Below are positions 1-11,753 of a stretch of 64,000 bases of DNA, piece by piece (position 1 is the stretch's first letter; every line of letters begins with the position of its first letter). The notes beneath the pieces were generated by a model. It saw nothing but the letters and a program-made list of their open reading frames with translations, ran no database searches and was not told where the DNA came from. The stretch comes from Cycas panzhihuaensis. Lineage: Eukaryota; Plantae; Cycadophyta. The translations under genes and the position numbers were made by a program. The stretch is from NCBI GenBank assembly GCA_023213395.1, contig CM041465.1:124937741-125001740 (forward strand). The letters run 5' to 3'.

Positions 1-1177
1 TATTTTTCACTAGGAATGAAATGAGATATAGAAAAATAAGTATTTTGGTGTTTACCATGTTAAAACATAAAAATAGAGCATAAACACCCTACTAAATTGG
101 TTCAACCATTAAAGACTCCATCACAAAAGTAGAAAATTATTTATATTGATTTTATCACCAAGTTACCTTTAAGCAAGAAGAATGATAATTAGATGATAGA
201 GGTAATCAATGAACTCACAAAGTCTACACACTTTATTCTTGTATAATTGATGCACTAAGCAATCAATAAAGTTTTTGTCTTCATAAAGAAAGTGATACAA
301 TTACATTCGATACCAAAAGAAATTATTATGGATAGGGATATGAGACTTGCTTCCTAATTTTGGCAAGAGTTTTTCAAGGAATTAAGCATTAAGCTAAAGT
401 TAAATATAGCTATGACCTCAAGATAAACATACAAACAAAATTAGTAAATTGAATAGTTAAAGATATATGGTAAATGTATGTGGTATAAAAATTGACCTAA
501 TGGGAAGAATATTTACACCTAATTAAGTTTGTCTATAATAAAAGCTACTATATCTTGATAAACATAAGTCCATTTGAAGCATTATATGGGCATAAGTGCA
601 ATACAACAGTAAATTAGGATAATATAGAAAACCAATGTATAATTAGCTCGAAAATATTGTAGGAGATGGAGAAGCAAGTTATCAACATAAAAAAGCACTT
701 GAAGGTAATACAAAATTAATAAAAATGATACTATGACTCATAGAGAATAACCAAAACACTTAAAACATTAAAAACCATGTGCTCCTACACATTAGGACAA
801 AGCAAAGTTCCCTAAAATTAAGCAAATGCTAAAAGGAATAGGACCAATTACACAAACACTTGCATTACCTCCTAATATAAATATATATATTGTCTTTAAT
901 GTTTTATTATTAAAAGAATATGTATATGATTCTAATCATATTATTCATTAGTCTGTCATTCAGATGGAATTAGGGGCATAATTTGAAGTGGAAGACACAC
1001 AAGTACTAGATTGCAAGATGAAAGTACTATAGAACTAAGCCATCGAATAAGTATAATAGAGATATATAACACCTAAAGAAGCCACTTGGGAACTTGCCAA
1101 AGCCATGTAGTAGTACTATCTTCATTTATTCACATGATAAGCTACATCAAGGATGGTGTTATCTTTAAGAGGAGGAA
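1..1177 (+). mobile_element. pol: Degenerate Ty3/gypsy (Tekay/Del-like chromovirus) integrase-chromodomain 3' end with PPT (element A)
   Basis: Decayed motifs DFITKLP (~148), MDRD..FWQE (~330-365), PFEALYG (~570) and ATWE (~1081). Polypurine tract aagaggaggaa is followed by LTR start tgtagtagccc at 1178. Confidence 0.8.
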
Positions 1178-1331
1178 TGTAGTAGCCCAACTTAGGCACC
1201 TTGTACACCTCGTTTACATTAGTATTATCCTCATTTATTCACATGACAATCTACATCAAAGATGATACTTTCTCTAAGGGGAGGAGGAATATAATAGCCT
1301 AATTTAGGCACCTTGCACGTCTCATTTGCAT
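1111..1331 (+). repeat. Tandem duplication (~109 bp x2) of the pol-end/PPT/LTR-start junction of element A
   Basis: 1111-1219 aligns with 1220-1331 (tagtactatcttcatttattcacatga...gaggaggaatgtagtagccc...aggcaccttg). Confidence 0.85.
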
Positions 1332-1335
1332 ATTT

Positions 1336-1580
1336 TATTATGACCCTCCTTATCTGCTAATTAATTATTTAATTATCAAGGAAGAGATACCTTAAATGGT
1401 TGTAACTATTTATGAAAGGACCATATTATGTACATATATATAAACCTTCAATTGTAACAATCATCATCACTTCTCTTTGATCAATTAATTGTTAATATAC
1501 TTTCAAGAATGTGTGTGCTCTCACTTACTCTTTGAAACCTAAAAATTACTTCTAGCTAATTACAAGCAAGGTTCATAACA
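1336..1580 (+). repeat. 5' LTR of element B
   Basis: Direct repeat of 10579-10836; ends ttcataaca, followed by a tRNA-iMet-like PBS. Confidence 0.85.
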
Positions 1581-1933
1581 AGTGATATTAGAGCATCACT
1601 TTTGGCACTATGGGCATTCTATTATGTGTTTTCATGTAATGAATTTGATAAGCATCTAACAAATTGGGCAAGGAGATAATAAATTATTACTACATTTTTG
1701 CTTAACCTCATGTTGAATCTTACACTACCATTAAAATCATATTCTATTAACTTCATCATCCATATATCATTCACTAAAATAAGATAAACATTTTATAGTT
1801 AAGAAATAGATATATCATTTCACTTGTGCACATATATATATATATTTGATCTCTATAAACAATCAATTTGGAGATGCATATATTATTTCACTTATACACA
1901 TATATAAATATATATCTAAGCTGGACAAACATC

Positions 1934-1963
1934 CTCTCTCTCTCTCTCTCTATATATATATAT
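1934..1963. repeat. Compound (CT)n(AT)n microsatellite
   Basis: ctctctctc...tatatatatatat seen directly. Confidence 0.9.
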
Positions 1964-2145
1964 CAATTCCTCCATGATATTATAAATCATTGCATTACAA
2001 ATTATTATCTCCACTATATTAGAAGTCCTTACCATTTAAGGCTATAGTTGCCATAGCAATTTAACATAAAGGCAAGGCATTACGATTATATTTGCTATGT
2101 TTGCCTAAAGCATAACAATCTAAATGAGTCAAGTCAATATATTCT

Positions 2146-2758
2146 TGTCGTGGCGACTGCCTCATTGGCCATTCCTAGTTATACCCTCGTAGCCAACCGT
2201 ACGTAGTATTAAGATACTCATTGTCTATCTATTAAGATATTCGCCATATTGTAATATATATAGGGTTGTCACAGGTCTATTAACAGCCATATTAACAATT
2301 GCATCGTATTACGATATTCACCATACTTATGTCAGTTGTGTCTGCATTTTAAGTCGCTGGAATACGTAAACGTAAACGTATTTAAGTCAATTATTTGGCC
2401 ATAATCTATATTAATCAGTCGTGTCTGTTTTGATCTACGTCACCCATATTCTCATATCTTCGATCTTCAGATTGAATCGGCCACATACAATCTCTGTCGC
2501 ACTATTATTCTGTTCATATTTCTCCATCAGCCATCATCTAATATCCTCTCCGTCCATCGTTCGTCGCCTTGTCATTGTGTTCGTCCTTCTTGTCCATCCG
2601 TCATTTAGTATCATCTCCATGGACGTCCGCCGCCCTGTCAATTCCATTCGGCTGTTATTCCGTGTCGTTGCTCATACAAAATACAATATATATTATATAA
2701 ACATCCCTGTCACTATATTTCATCTTCATCATCACTTTTATATCACATGGTTACAACA
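2146..2758. mobile_element. CpG-rich block with TG...CA ends; candidate younger solo LTR inside element B
   Basis: Starts tgtcgtgg and ends ggttacaaca; many CpGs, in contrast to the CpG-depleted flanks; no clean 5-bp TSD. Confidence 0.35.
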
Positions 2759-3283
2759 TTTTAAATTATAGTTTTAATAGTTTTTAAACATAATACATAT
2801 TTAATTTCATATTTACTTTATAGTTATTCACATCATCAAGTAATATAAGTTATTAATAAGTATTTATATCCTCTGCAATTGCTTTTGTTAAAAAGTGACG
2901 TATTCATTATATATTTTATTAGGCTTGCCAAATACATATCTTATTATTACCTATTGATGTAGTGCTATACTTTTTGTGACAAAAAAATTGTATAGAAAAT
3001 TAATAGAAACAAGAAATGATAAATCTTTCAATTGGTGATAGATACTTCATTTTTTATGTTCTTGCCATATAAAATTGACATAAATGGTTACTCAAAACAT
3101 CACAATGATAGAAAGTGATCAGTAGGATTGAACTTACAATTCAATCTAAAAGGATATAGCTAAACCCATTATCCAAGCATTTCATAAAGTTATTTAGATA
3201 TCAAACATTCTCTTAAACTATATCCTATATCAGATTTTAGATAAATTGACGATCATGGTAGTAGGGGAAAAAAAAGGACATAA

Positions 3284-4056
3284 TTGTTCCTTACTTCGAA
3301 GATGAATGAATTAGTCACCAGTCATATGTTAGAGTCCAAACTACAAAGAATTATTCAAGTCCTCAAACAACTCAAGTTAATCTTGATAATAAATCTATCA
3401 AAAAATATCTTAATAACTATCAAAATTAAACTCCTGAAGAATAAAAAATGGTTGGATTTTAAGCATACTTTAACTATTTACAAACTATACAATCACAAAA
3501 AAAAAGAAAAAACTGGAAAAAAACATGATACAACACTTTAATATTGAGTAGAAATCACACGAACCAAGAGTAGAGATTCAACAAATGAAAAACTATTTTC
3601 GTCTAGTTTAAATTGAGCCACTAAAATAAGTTACTTTAGCCACTCTACACATAGATAGAATAACATGCAAATTGTGGCAATGTTTAAAACATACTTCATT
3701 TTAAAACTAATAATCAACTTAGAAAGAATTTGTTCATTTATTCATTAAACAATTTAAAACAATAACTAATTGTGATTACCATTGTGAATTGTGAAATTTA
3801 AAATAAACTAAATCTATAAAAGAATATAACACAACTTTCACTAAGTTAAATTATATATTAGAAGACATCCTGACCCATAGACTTATCCAATTATGTATTG
3901 ATGGCCCTATAACAGAGATCCAAACTAATGTCAAGGTCTAAGAACCAAAAGATCTTAACAAAGCAATACAATTAGTTAGAATACATAAAGATAAGCTCAA
4001 CGCATTATATAAAATAAATACAAACTTCTATATTCCTCTACCTATTTAACATAATC
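3284..4056 (+). pseudogene. gag: Degenerate gag N-terminal part of element B (continues after element C)
   Basis: Position between the PBS and the later zinc knuckle/protease; decayed gag-like remnants (LCIDGP...EIQTNV ~3890-3930). Confidence 0.5.
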
Positions 4057-4527
4057 TATAGCGATTCTTTTACCAAAACAATACAAAATTGGAGTAAAAT
4101 ATAGCCAATTTACATAAAATAAAATTTATATAGCAATTTCCTTGTATAAAAATATTCAGATTAAATGTATAACAAGTATAAATCAAAGTACAACTACTGA
4201 AATTAAGATCAAATTGCAGTCAAAATATAAATAGATGGTTGAAAAGGTACCAATACACCTGTAAAGTTCACCGAGCCCTCCGAGGTAGGGATCCTCCTAA
4301 AAAATGTAGCCTTAAGGCTAAAATTTGCACTTGCCAAAGGTTAAAATTAGAGAGGAAAACCTATACATAATGATGATCAAATGGCCTCCCAAGGGTCCCT
4401 ATTTATAGGCGCACCAACTAAGATAATAGAAGTCGGCTATAGAGATAAAAGATGCACAAAAAATACAATTATAAGTTAGCCATAGCCTTGTATAGGAGTC
4501 AGCTAGACTTAAGATAGGGTTGCTTCA
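4057..4527 (-). repeat. 3' LTR of element C
   Basis: Aligns end to end with 9089-9560. Confidence 0.9.
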
Positions 4528-4559
4528 AGACCCCCCCTCCCCATGAAACTGTGCTTTAC

Positions 4560-7500
4560 CCTCAAAGCACTAGTAGATTCAGAAATTATTTTAACCATTC
4601 GTCTTTCTCCCATGTGGCATCTTCAATGTCTAGGTCCTTCCATTTGATCAAGTGTTCTCTAATGTGTCTACTCCTAAGCACTTAGGTGCAGGTTTATAAG
4701 ATTCCTTCAGGCTTCAATGTCATCTTTCCTTTTTCATTAAGCTCTAGTATGTTAGATTGTAGAAGTATCTTCTTACCAACTTTCTTTTTCAGACATGAAA
4801 CATGGAAGATGTTGTGGATCTTTGTGCCTACTCGTAATCTTAATTGATATGCAACTTCACATATCTTGTTGGTGATTTCATAGGGACCAAAATATCTGGC
4901 CATGAGTTTGTGATTGCTTATTCTCTGTAGTGAATCCTGTTTGTATAGTTAGATCCGCAAGAAAATCAAGTCGACAACTTTAAGTTTTCTTTAAGAATAT
5001 TTTTTATCAGATTGTTGCTTCATCCTATTTTGTGCCATTGCTAGATTATCCTTTAACTTGGCGATGGTCTCTTCTGCTTGTTTTTTGCATTCCTCCACTT
5101 ATTGGACTTTTGATAGTCTGTTCTAAGTTGGTAGTGAGGGTGGATGATACCCATATAAAGCCTGGTAGGGTATTATCTTTGCTGCAGAATGATAAGTGGT
5201 GTTATACCACCATTATGTTAAGTGTAGCCAACGATGCCAATGTTTTTATTAGTTTGAACAGAAGTTTCGTAAGTATCCTTCTAAGCACTTATTGATGATT
5301 TTTATTTACCTATCAGTTTATGGGTGGTAAGCCGTGCTCCTCTTCAGTTTTGTGCCTATGCCTTTGAAAAGATCTTGCCAAAATTTACTAGTAAATTTTG
5401 GGTCACGATCACTTATGATTGCTTTTAGAAACCTATGTAAATGGTGGATCTCCTTCATGTATAAATCTGTGATGTCGTTGGCCTTAGCTATTGATTTCAA
5501 ACCCCTGAAGTGGCCATATTTTGTAAGGTGATCTACTATGACCAGAATTACATCTTTTCCTTCTGAATAAGGTAGTCCTATTATGAAGTCCATGGAGATT
5601 TCATCCCATTTCTACCCTAGAATTGGTAATGGTTAGAGTGATCTAGGTGTTCATATGCATTTGATCTTATTTCTTTGGCAGGTACTGCACTCTTCCACAA
5701 ATTTCTAAATGTCTATTTTTAAGCCTTTCCAATAAAAATAAGCTCTTATTTTTCTATAAGTCTTGTCGATCCATGTGTGACCTACTAAGGGTGTGGAGTG
5801 AGCCTCTTATAATATTATATCCTTTAATGTTGATTTCCTTGGGATGCAGATCTCCCCTTTCAAAGTATTACTCCTTTCTGTATTTTATATAAGCCAATTT
5901 GATCTTCACTTGTTTTGTCCATTAACTGCTTGTATTTTGAATCATTGTTGTACTCTTCCTTTATTACCTCGTGCCAGGCTAGAGCGGCTATTGATATTAC
6001 TTATATTGCTAATTGTTCGTGACTTCTTCTAGGATCCTTAAAAGGGTGATTGTAATTACATCATCTTTGTCATTTCTGTATATGATGGAGAAGTCAAATG
6101 ATTGTAATTTGCTTAACTATTTTTATTGCTCATCTAACAATCTATTTTGACTTAAGAACTACTTGAGACTGTCGTGGTCTATCCATACTTGAAAAGAGCT
6201 CCCAAGTAAGTATTGTCTCCATTAGTAGATTATGTGCATTATTGCCAACATCTCTTTGTCATAAATTAGCTTTAACTTCTCTCTATTATTTAGTTTCTTG
6301 CTTTTGTATGATATTATCCTTTTATCTTGAAGTAGGAATGCTCTTATACCAAACCCTGATGCATCACATTCCAAAATGAATAACTTTGAAAAATCTGGGG
6401 TTACTAAGATTGGGCTCTTACCATAGTGCCTTTAAGCTCTTCAAAGACATTGTTGGTCACTTCATTCTATGTGAAAGTATCCTTCTTCATTAGGTTCGTT
6501 AATGGAGTTGCTATGTTGGCATACCCTTTTATGAATTTCCTGAGATAACCTATTGCTCTTAGAAAACTGTGAACCTCTATGACATTCCTTAGTGTTGGCC
6601 ACTTAACGATTGCTTGGACCATTTTAGGGTCAACCTTGATTCCCTCTAAAGTAATTATATAACCCAGGTACTTGAGTTCCTATTGACCAAATAAGTATTT
6701 TTTCTTGTTGGCAAAGAATAATTTTTTTGTTATAACTTTTAAGACTAACCTTAGATGTTCTAAATGTTTGCTTTATGTTTTGCTATAGATGAGGATATCA
6801 TAAAAAAAATAGTAAGAATTTTCTTAAGAATTCCTTTAATGTGGAATTCATAATAGCTTGAAACGTTGTTGGTGTGTTGGTTAAGCCAAATGGCATCACT
6901 TTGAACTTGAATAATCCTTTATGAGTTCTAAAAGTTATTTTGTGGACGTCTTTCTCTTTGATCCTAATTTGATAATATTTGGATTAAAGGTCGATCTTAG
7001 AAAAGTATTTTACCCCATGTATTTCATCCAATAATTTATCAATATTAGGGATTGGATATCTATTCTTTATAGTCAATTTATTTAGTCATCTATAGTCTAT
7101 ATACATCTTGAATGTCCTATCTTTCTTGGGACTAATTACCACTAGTGAAGCAAATGGGATTATACTATTTTGGATATGACCTTATATAAGTAATTCCCTT
7201 GTTATGCTCTCGATTATTTTCCTTATGTTGTACAAGTACTTGTATGGCTTTATATTTACTGGTGTGACTCCTAAAATTAAGTCAATCGCATGATGAGTCT
7301 CTCTCGCTGGAGGTAATCCTTTTAGTTCTTTGAATACTTATTTGTAGTTGTCCAAGATGTTCTAGATATCTATAGGAATTTCTTGGATTTCAATTTTGTG
7401 GCATGATACTATATATGTTAGTGCTTTTTTCCACATAATTTTTTCTATTCTATAAGATGATACTAGATGTATAAGTGGATTTTGGGTCCACAAGTATGTA

Positions 7501-8960
7501 TTTTGTTCTATTTATTCAGAAGCACATGGATTTGGTCATATAGTTAGTGACTGTATTCCCTAAGGTCTGTATCCATTGTACCCCTAAGACTACGTCGACT
7601 CCTCCTATTTGCATTGTGAACATGTTGGAATTCAAGGGGTACTCACCAATTTTTAAGTTGATATTTTTATAGAATCCTTCGCAGGGCGTCGTCTTCCCAT
7701 TGGCAATTGAGACTTGGAAGGTCTTCAACGGTTCTACCTTTATTCCTAACTTATGTGTTATTGGTCTATTGATGAAGTTATGGGTACTTCCACTATCCAC
7801 TAGTACTTCTATTAGAGCACCTTTCAGCATCCCTTCGAATCGTAAGGTTTGGGGTGCCATACTCTATCTTGTTATGGCCTGCAGGGAGATTTAAACATTC
7901 TCGATGTCAATTTCTAGTAATTCCTCTAGCTCAGCTTCAACTTGTTCATTATCGTTTTCCTTCTCTTGTATTGTTTCCTCTTCTGGTTGTTTTGATATAT
8001 CTAGTTCTTCATTATTTAACATGAATACCTTCTTACCTAGGCATTGGTGTTCCCTGTTCTATTTTCCTCTGCATTTAAAGCATGTGCCTTCCTTGTGTTC
8101 CTCACGTGTAGGATTTTCTATTGTGCTTTTGATTGCGAGAAGAGCATCAACTTTGATACCTAATCAATTCTAATTTGTGGTGGGTGGTGGTGGCATCTCT
8201 ATTTTGCATACAAAAGTTGATCAAGTTTCTTTGAGTTCAGCTTCAATGCATCTTGCGTGTTTTATAACTTCTTCCAGTGCTCCATGTTATTGTGCTAGCA
8301 CACAGAATCTTATCGGCACCTTGAGACCACTTATATATGTTTCCCTGAGGCATTCCTGAGGGATATTTAATGTGATCATGCATTGTAGCATCTAGAATTA
8401 TTTGGTATATTCTCAAACTGACCATATTTACTGAAGTCTTGTTAGTTGAGCAAAGTAATCCATGGCCCACGAATCTTTCGTATTATTGCTCTAAAGTTCT
8501 CTATTCCTGTTGTTGTGATCCTATCATATTTTTCCACTAATAATACCAATTTAGGGCTCGTCCATATAGGTGATGAGGTGATAGGAACAATTTCTATCTC
8601 TAGTGTCTGGTTAACTACAAAGTAGGTTTCCATCTAAAGTAGCCAAGCTCTTATGTCCTACATTTTTTCAATATCAAATTTCTCCAATACAATCTTTGTG
8701 TTCGTGGGGATTCCTTGTGGTCTCATGTTTCTTTGTTGAAAAGTGAATCCTTCTTTGAATCTACGTTCCTAGTTTTCGTGGTCTATATCTTGATCAGAAT
8801 CCTAGATTTGTTTTACTTTTGGCTAGATTATTTCTTGTCTTTCTAATCTACCATTGAGGTTTTTGATTTATTGTATTAATTCTTACACGACTACTATCAT
8901 CTTTTCTACGATTTGTTCCTCAGACTCTTGGGATCTTGGCATTCTGTTCGACATTCTAAT
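4560..8960 (-). pseudogene. pol: gag-pol polyprotein remnant of element C
   Basis: Protease LVDSGSTHNFI (7516-7860); integrase MDFIIGLP...[12 protein letters not shown]...STAYHP (5318-5593); GPY/FHVS motif (4694-4903); ATWE chromodomain; many stops and frameshifts. Confidence 0.93.
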
Positions 8961-9088
8961 TTTCTTAGATCTCAATTCTATTTCAGTTCTTTCTATCTTT
9001 CACGGGTGGGAGGGTGGGTCAAAATTCCCTTCCCTTTGGAAAATATTCCCTTAAAATTTTTTCTTCAAAATGAAGCTCCAATATCACT

Positions 9089-9560
9089 TATAGTGATTCT
9101 TTCACCAAAATGATACAAAAATGGAGCAAAACATAACCAATTTACAGAAAACAAAACTCAAATAGTAATTTCCTTGTATGAAAATATCTAGATCAAATGT
9201 ATAATAAGTATAAATCAAAGTATAATTACTGAAATTAAGATCAAATTGTTATCAAAATATAAATAAATAATCGAAAAGGTACTAATACACTTGTAAAGTT
9301 CACTAAGCCCTTTAACACAGGGATTCTCCTCAAAAAATGTAGCCTTAAGGCTAAAATTCTACACTCACCAAGGCCAAAATTGGAGAGGAAAACCTACAAA
9401 CAATGATGATCAAATGACCCCCCAAGGGTCCCTATTTATAGGCATATCAACTAGGATAATGGAAGTTAGCCAGAGAGATGAAAGATGCACCAAAACTATA
9501 ATTAGAAGTCGGTCGTAGCCTTGTATAGGAGTCGGTCAGACTTAAGACAAGGTCACTTCA
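9089..9560 (-). repeat. 5' LTR of element C
   Basis: Aligns with 4057-4527 and is adjacent to the PBS. Confidence 0.9.
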
Positions 9561-10560
9561 TAATCCATTACCAAATACTCAGCATAAACCATTATTGATC
9601 AATTTAAATTGACCTATCAAACTAATCATTCAAAAGACAGGGATAGAACAAGAAGAATTAAGGAAAAAAGACATGTTCTTTAGATACGAAGAGAAGTGGG
9701 CTCCTAGGCATAGATGTCAAAGGAACCAATTATGTACAATTAGATTATTGTATGACAATAATATTGATAAAGAAGAACAAGAATAGAGTTTAGAAAATAA
9801 ATAAGGAGATTATTATAATTATGAGCATCAGGGGAATTACTGTAATCTCAAGGTTGACAATCCAAAAATATCATTCTCATCTATGAGTAATTTCACTTGA
9901 TCAAATACATTAAAATTACAAGGATCTATCTAAAATCAAGTTGTTACAATCTTGATAGATTTAGGTAGCACTTATAATTTTATTAATAAGAACTATGCTT
10001 AGTAACCAAGATCATTTCTATTAAGGACTTCCTATTTCTAGGTAAGTGTTGGAGGAACATAAGTAATATCAAGCCAAGGCATGATAAAAACCCTTAGTCT
10101 CATTATAAGTAATATCAATATTATATAAGACTTTTATGTTATTGATGTAGGAGGTATAGATATTATGTTAGGTAGTCAATGGCTGAGTACACTTGTAACT
10201 TTCGAAATGAATCTATATGAGTTATTCATAAGATTTAGGAAAGAAGGAAGAACCATCATGTTTTCAAGAAGAAACCTAAGATAAGCCAAAGTAATATCAT
10301 ATGAAGAAACTGGAAAATATCCTTAAGATATAAGGGCTCAATTTTTTATATTCCAAGCAAGAATTAACTTGACAATTAAAAGAGCTAAAATATGTAAAAC
10401 ATCCCAAAAATATGAAAATTATTGCCAAGGTCTTCAAATAGAATTATCTTCTAATAAAAGCCTACAACATTCAAGTAATATCCTAATGGACACAAACTTA
10501 ATAAATGACAATGTTTATTCTAAGGACTGCAATCATTTAACTATGTTTTGTAGATGAAAC
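9561..10560 (+). pseudogene. gag zinc knuckle and protease remnant of element B
   Basis: EKWAPRHRC (~9690-9720), ILIDLGSTYNFI (~9948-9985) and DIMLGSQWL (~10160); the sequence then runs to the PPT without RT. Confidence 0.8.
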
Positions 10561-10578
10561 ATCTTAATAGGGAGGAAT

Positions 10579-10836
10579 TGTTATAAGCCTCCTTAAGTGC
10601 TAATTAAGTAATTAAATATCAAAGAAGAGGTAGCTTGAATGGTTGTAACTACTTATGAAAGGACCCTATTATGTATATATAAATAAACCCTCAATTGTAA
10701 TATTCATCATCATTTATTCTTTTATCAATCAATTAATTAGTCAATTAACTATTAATATACTTTCAAGAATGTGTGTGCTCTCAATTACTCTCTAAAACTC
10801 AAAAATTGCTTCCAATTATGAATAAATTTCATAAGA
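10579..10836 (+). repeat. 3' LTR of element B
   Basis: Begins tgttataagcc after the PPT; aligns with 1336-1580. Confidence 0.85.
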
Positions 10837-11612
10837 TATTCCATTATACAACATAATCCTTTACACATATCGTGATGTAAACATCCCTTATTATAAAACA
10901 TAGGTCCATGCAATATCCCATTAAATGTGAGGGATGCACCTTGAAATACTTTACACTTTATATACTATAGTTGAGCACTATGTAACATTAGAATTGAGGT
11001 ACATATGGTTGTAAATATTTAGAGTCCATATGCTTAATGCTTGTAAATATTATAAACATTGAAGTACACAAATAATGAAATGTGGCTAGATTGCTCAAAG
11101 GATAAGAGGAAGGCACTTGACCTAAATAAATGAGCAATCTTAAGGAGTAGAATACAATAATTAATTCCTACATTAATACATGTCCATTAGAAAGCAATTA
11201 GTTTTAATATAAGTAACAAGGTAATGATGAAGATCCATGTTGTGTGTCTAATTAAACCTCTCAACAATGAGATTTTTATAAGTTTAACCCTAAACACCCT
11301 TAATGATTCAAAAGTCGATTAATAATTTAAGTTGGTTATTCTTTAATATAAGTCTAAGAAGTAATGAAGGATTTCAATTTTCTCTCTTCTATATTTTCCC
11401 TCTCTATTATTTCCATTTCATAAAATGAGGAGAGTTAGGTTAAACCTTCCCTAGAGGAGTGGTGTATGTAATACCCCTTGAATGAGTGATCAATTTTAGT
11501 GTCATTGCTAAATCATCACTCCGATATGATGTTAGAGACATTAGTATGATGTTAGGAGAGTCATAACTACCACAATTTATATGCAAACTTACCATGCATA
11601 TTTTATGATTGC

Positions 11613-11753
11613 AGTGTGATGCCATTGAGTAATTATGTGAAATTTCATAAGGTAATGCCATAGGGGTAGTGTAGCACTATTGACTATTATCATCATGTGA
11701 TGCCAATGCGTAATGTGATGTCATTGATTATTATTATGGTGTGATGCCACTAG
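11613..11753 (+). repeat. Cluster of ~5 degenerate gtgatgcca(t)t motifs, probably within the resumed long LTR of element A
   Basis: gtgtgatgccattg, gtaatgccatag, tgtgatgccaatg, tgtgatgtcattg, gtgtgatgccactag. Confidence 0.6.

Larger units (their letters stand above)
4057..9560 (-). mobile_element. Full-length degenerate Ty3/gypsy chromovirus (Reina-like size, ~5.5 kb; element C)
   Basis: LTRs 4057-4527 and 9089-9560; perfect TSD taatc (4052-4056 / 9561-9565); PBS-like gctccaatatca (~9075-9086); PPT ccccccctccc after the left LTR; domain order gag-PR-RT-RH-INT-chromo. Confidence 0.95.
1336..10836 (+). mobile_element. Non-autonomous gypsy-type LTR element with gag-protease only (element B), inserted in the LTR of A and interrupted by element C
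   Basis: LTRs 1336-1580 and 10579-10836; PBS-like tgatattagagc (1583-1594); PPT agggagg before the 3' LTR; TSD tattt/tattc. No RT/RH/INT is visible between the protease and the PPT. Confidence 0.8.

Noticed and set aside
2421-2771. 116-aa ORF
   Set aside because: GTG start, low-complexity Ser/Ile/His composition and no recognisable domain; lies in a repeat-like block.
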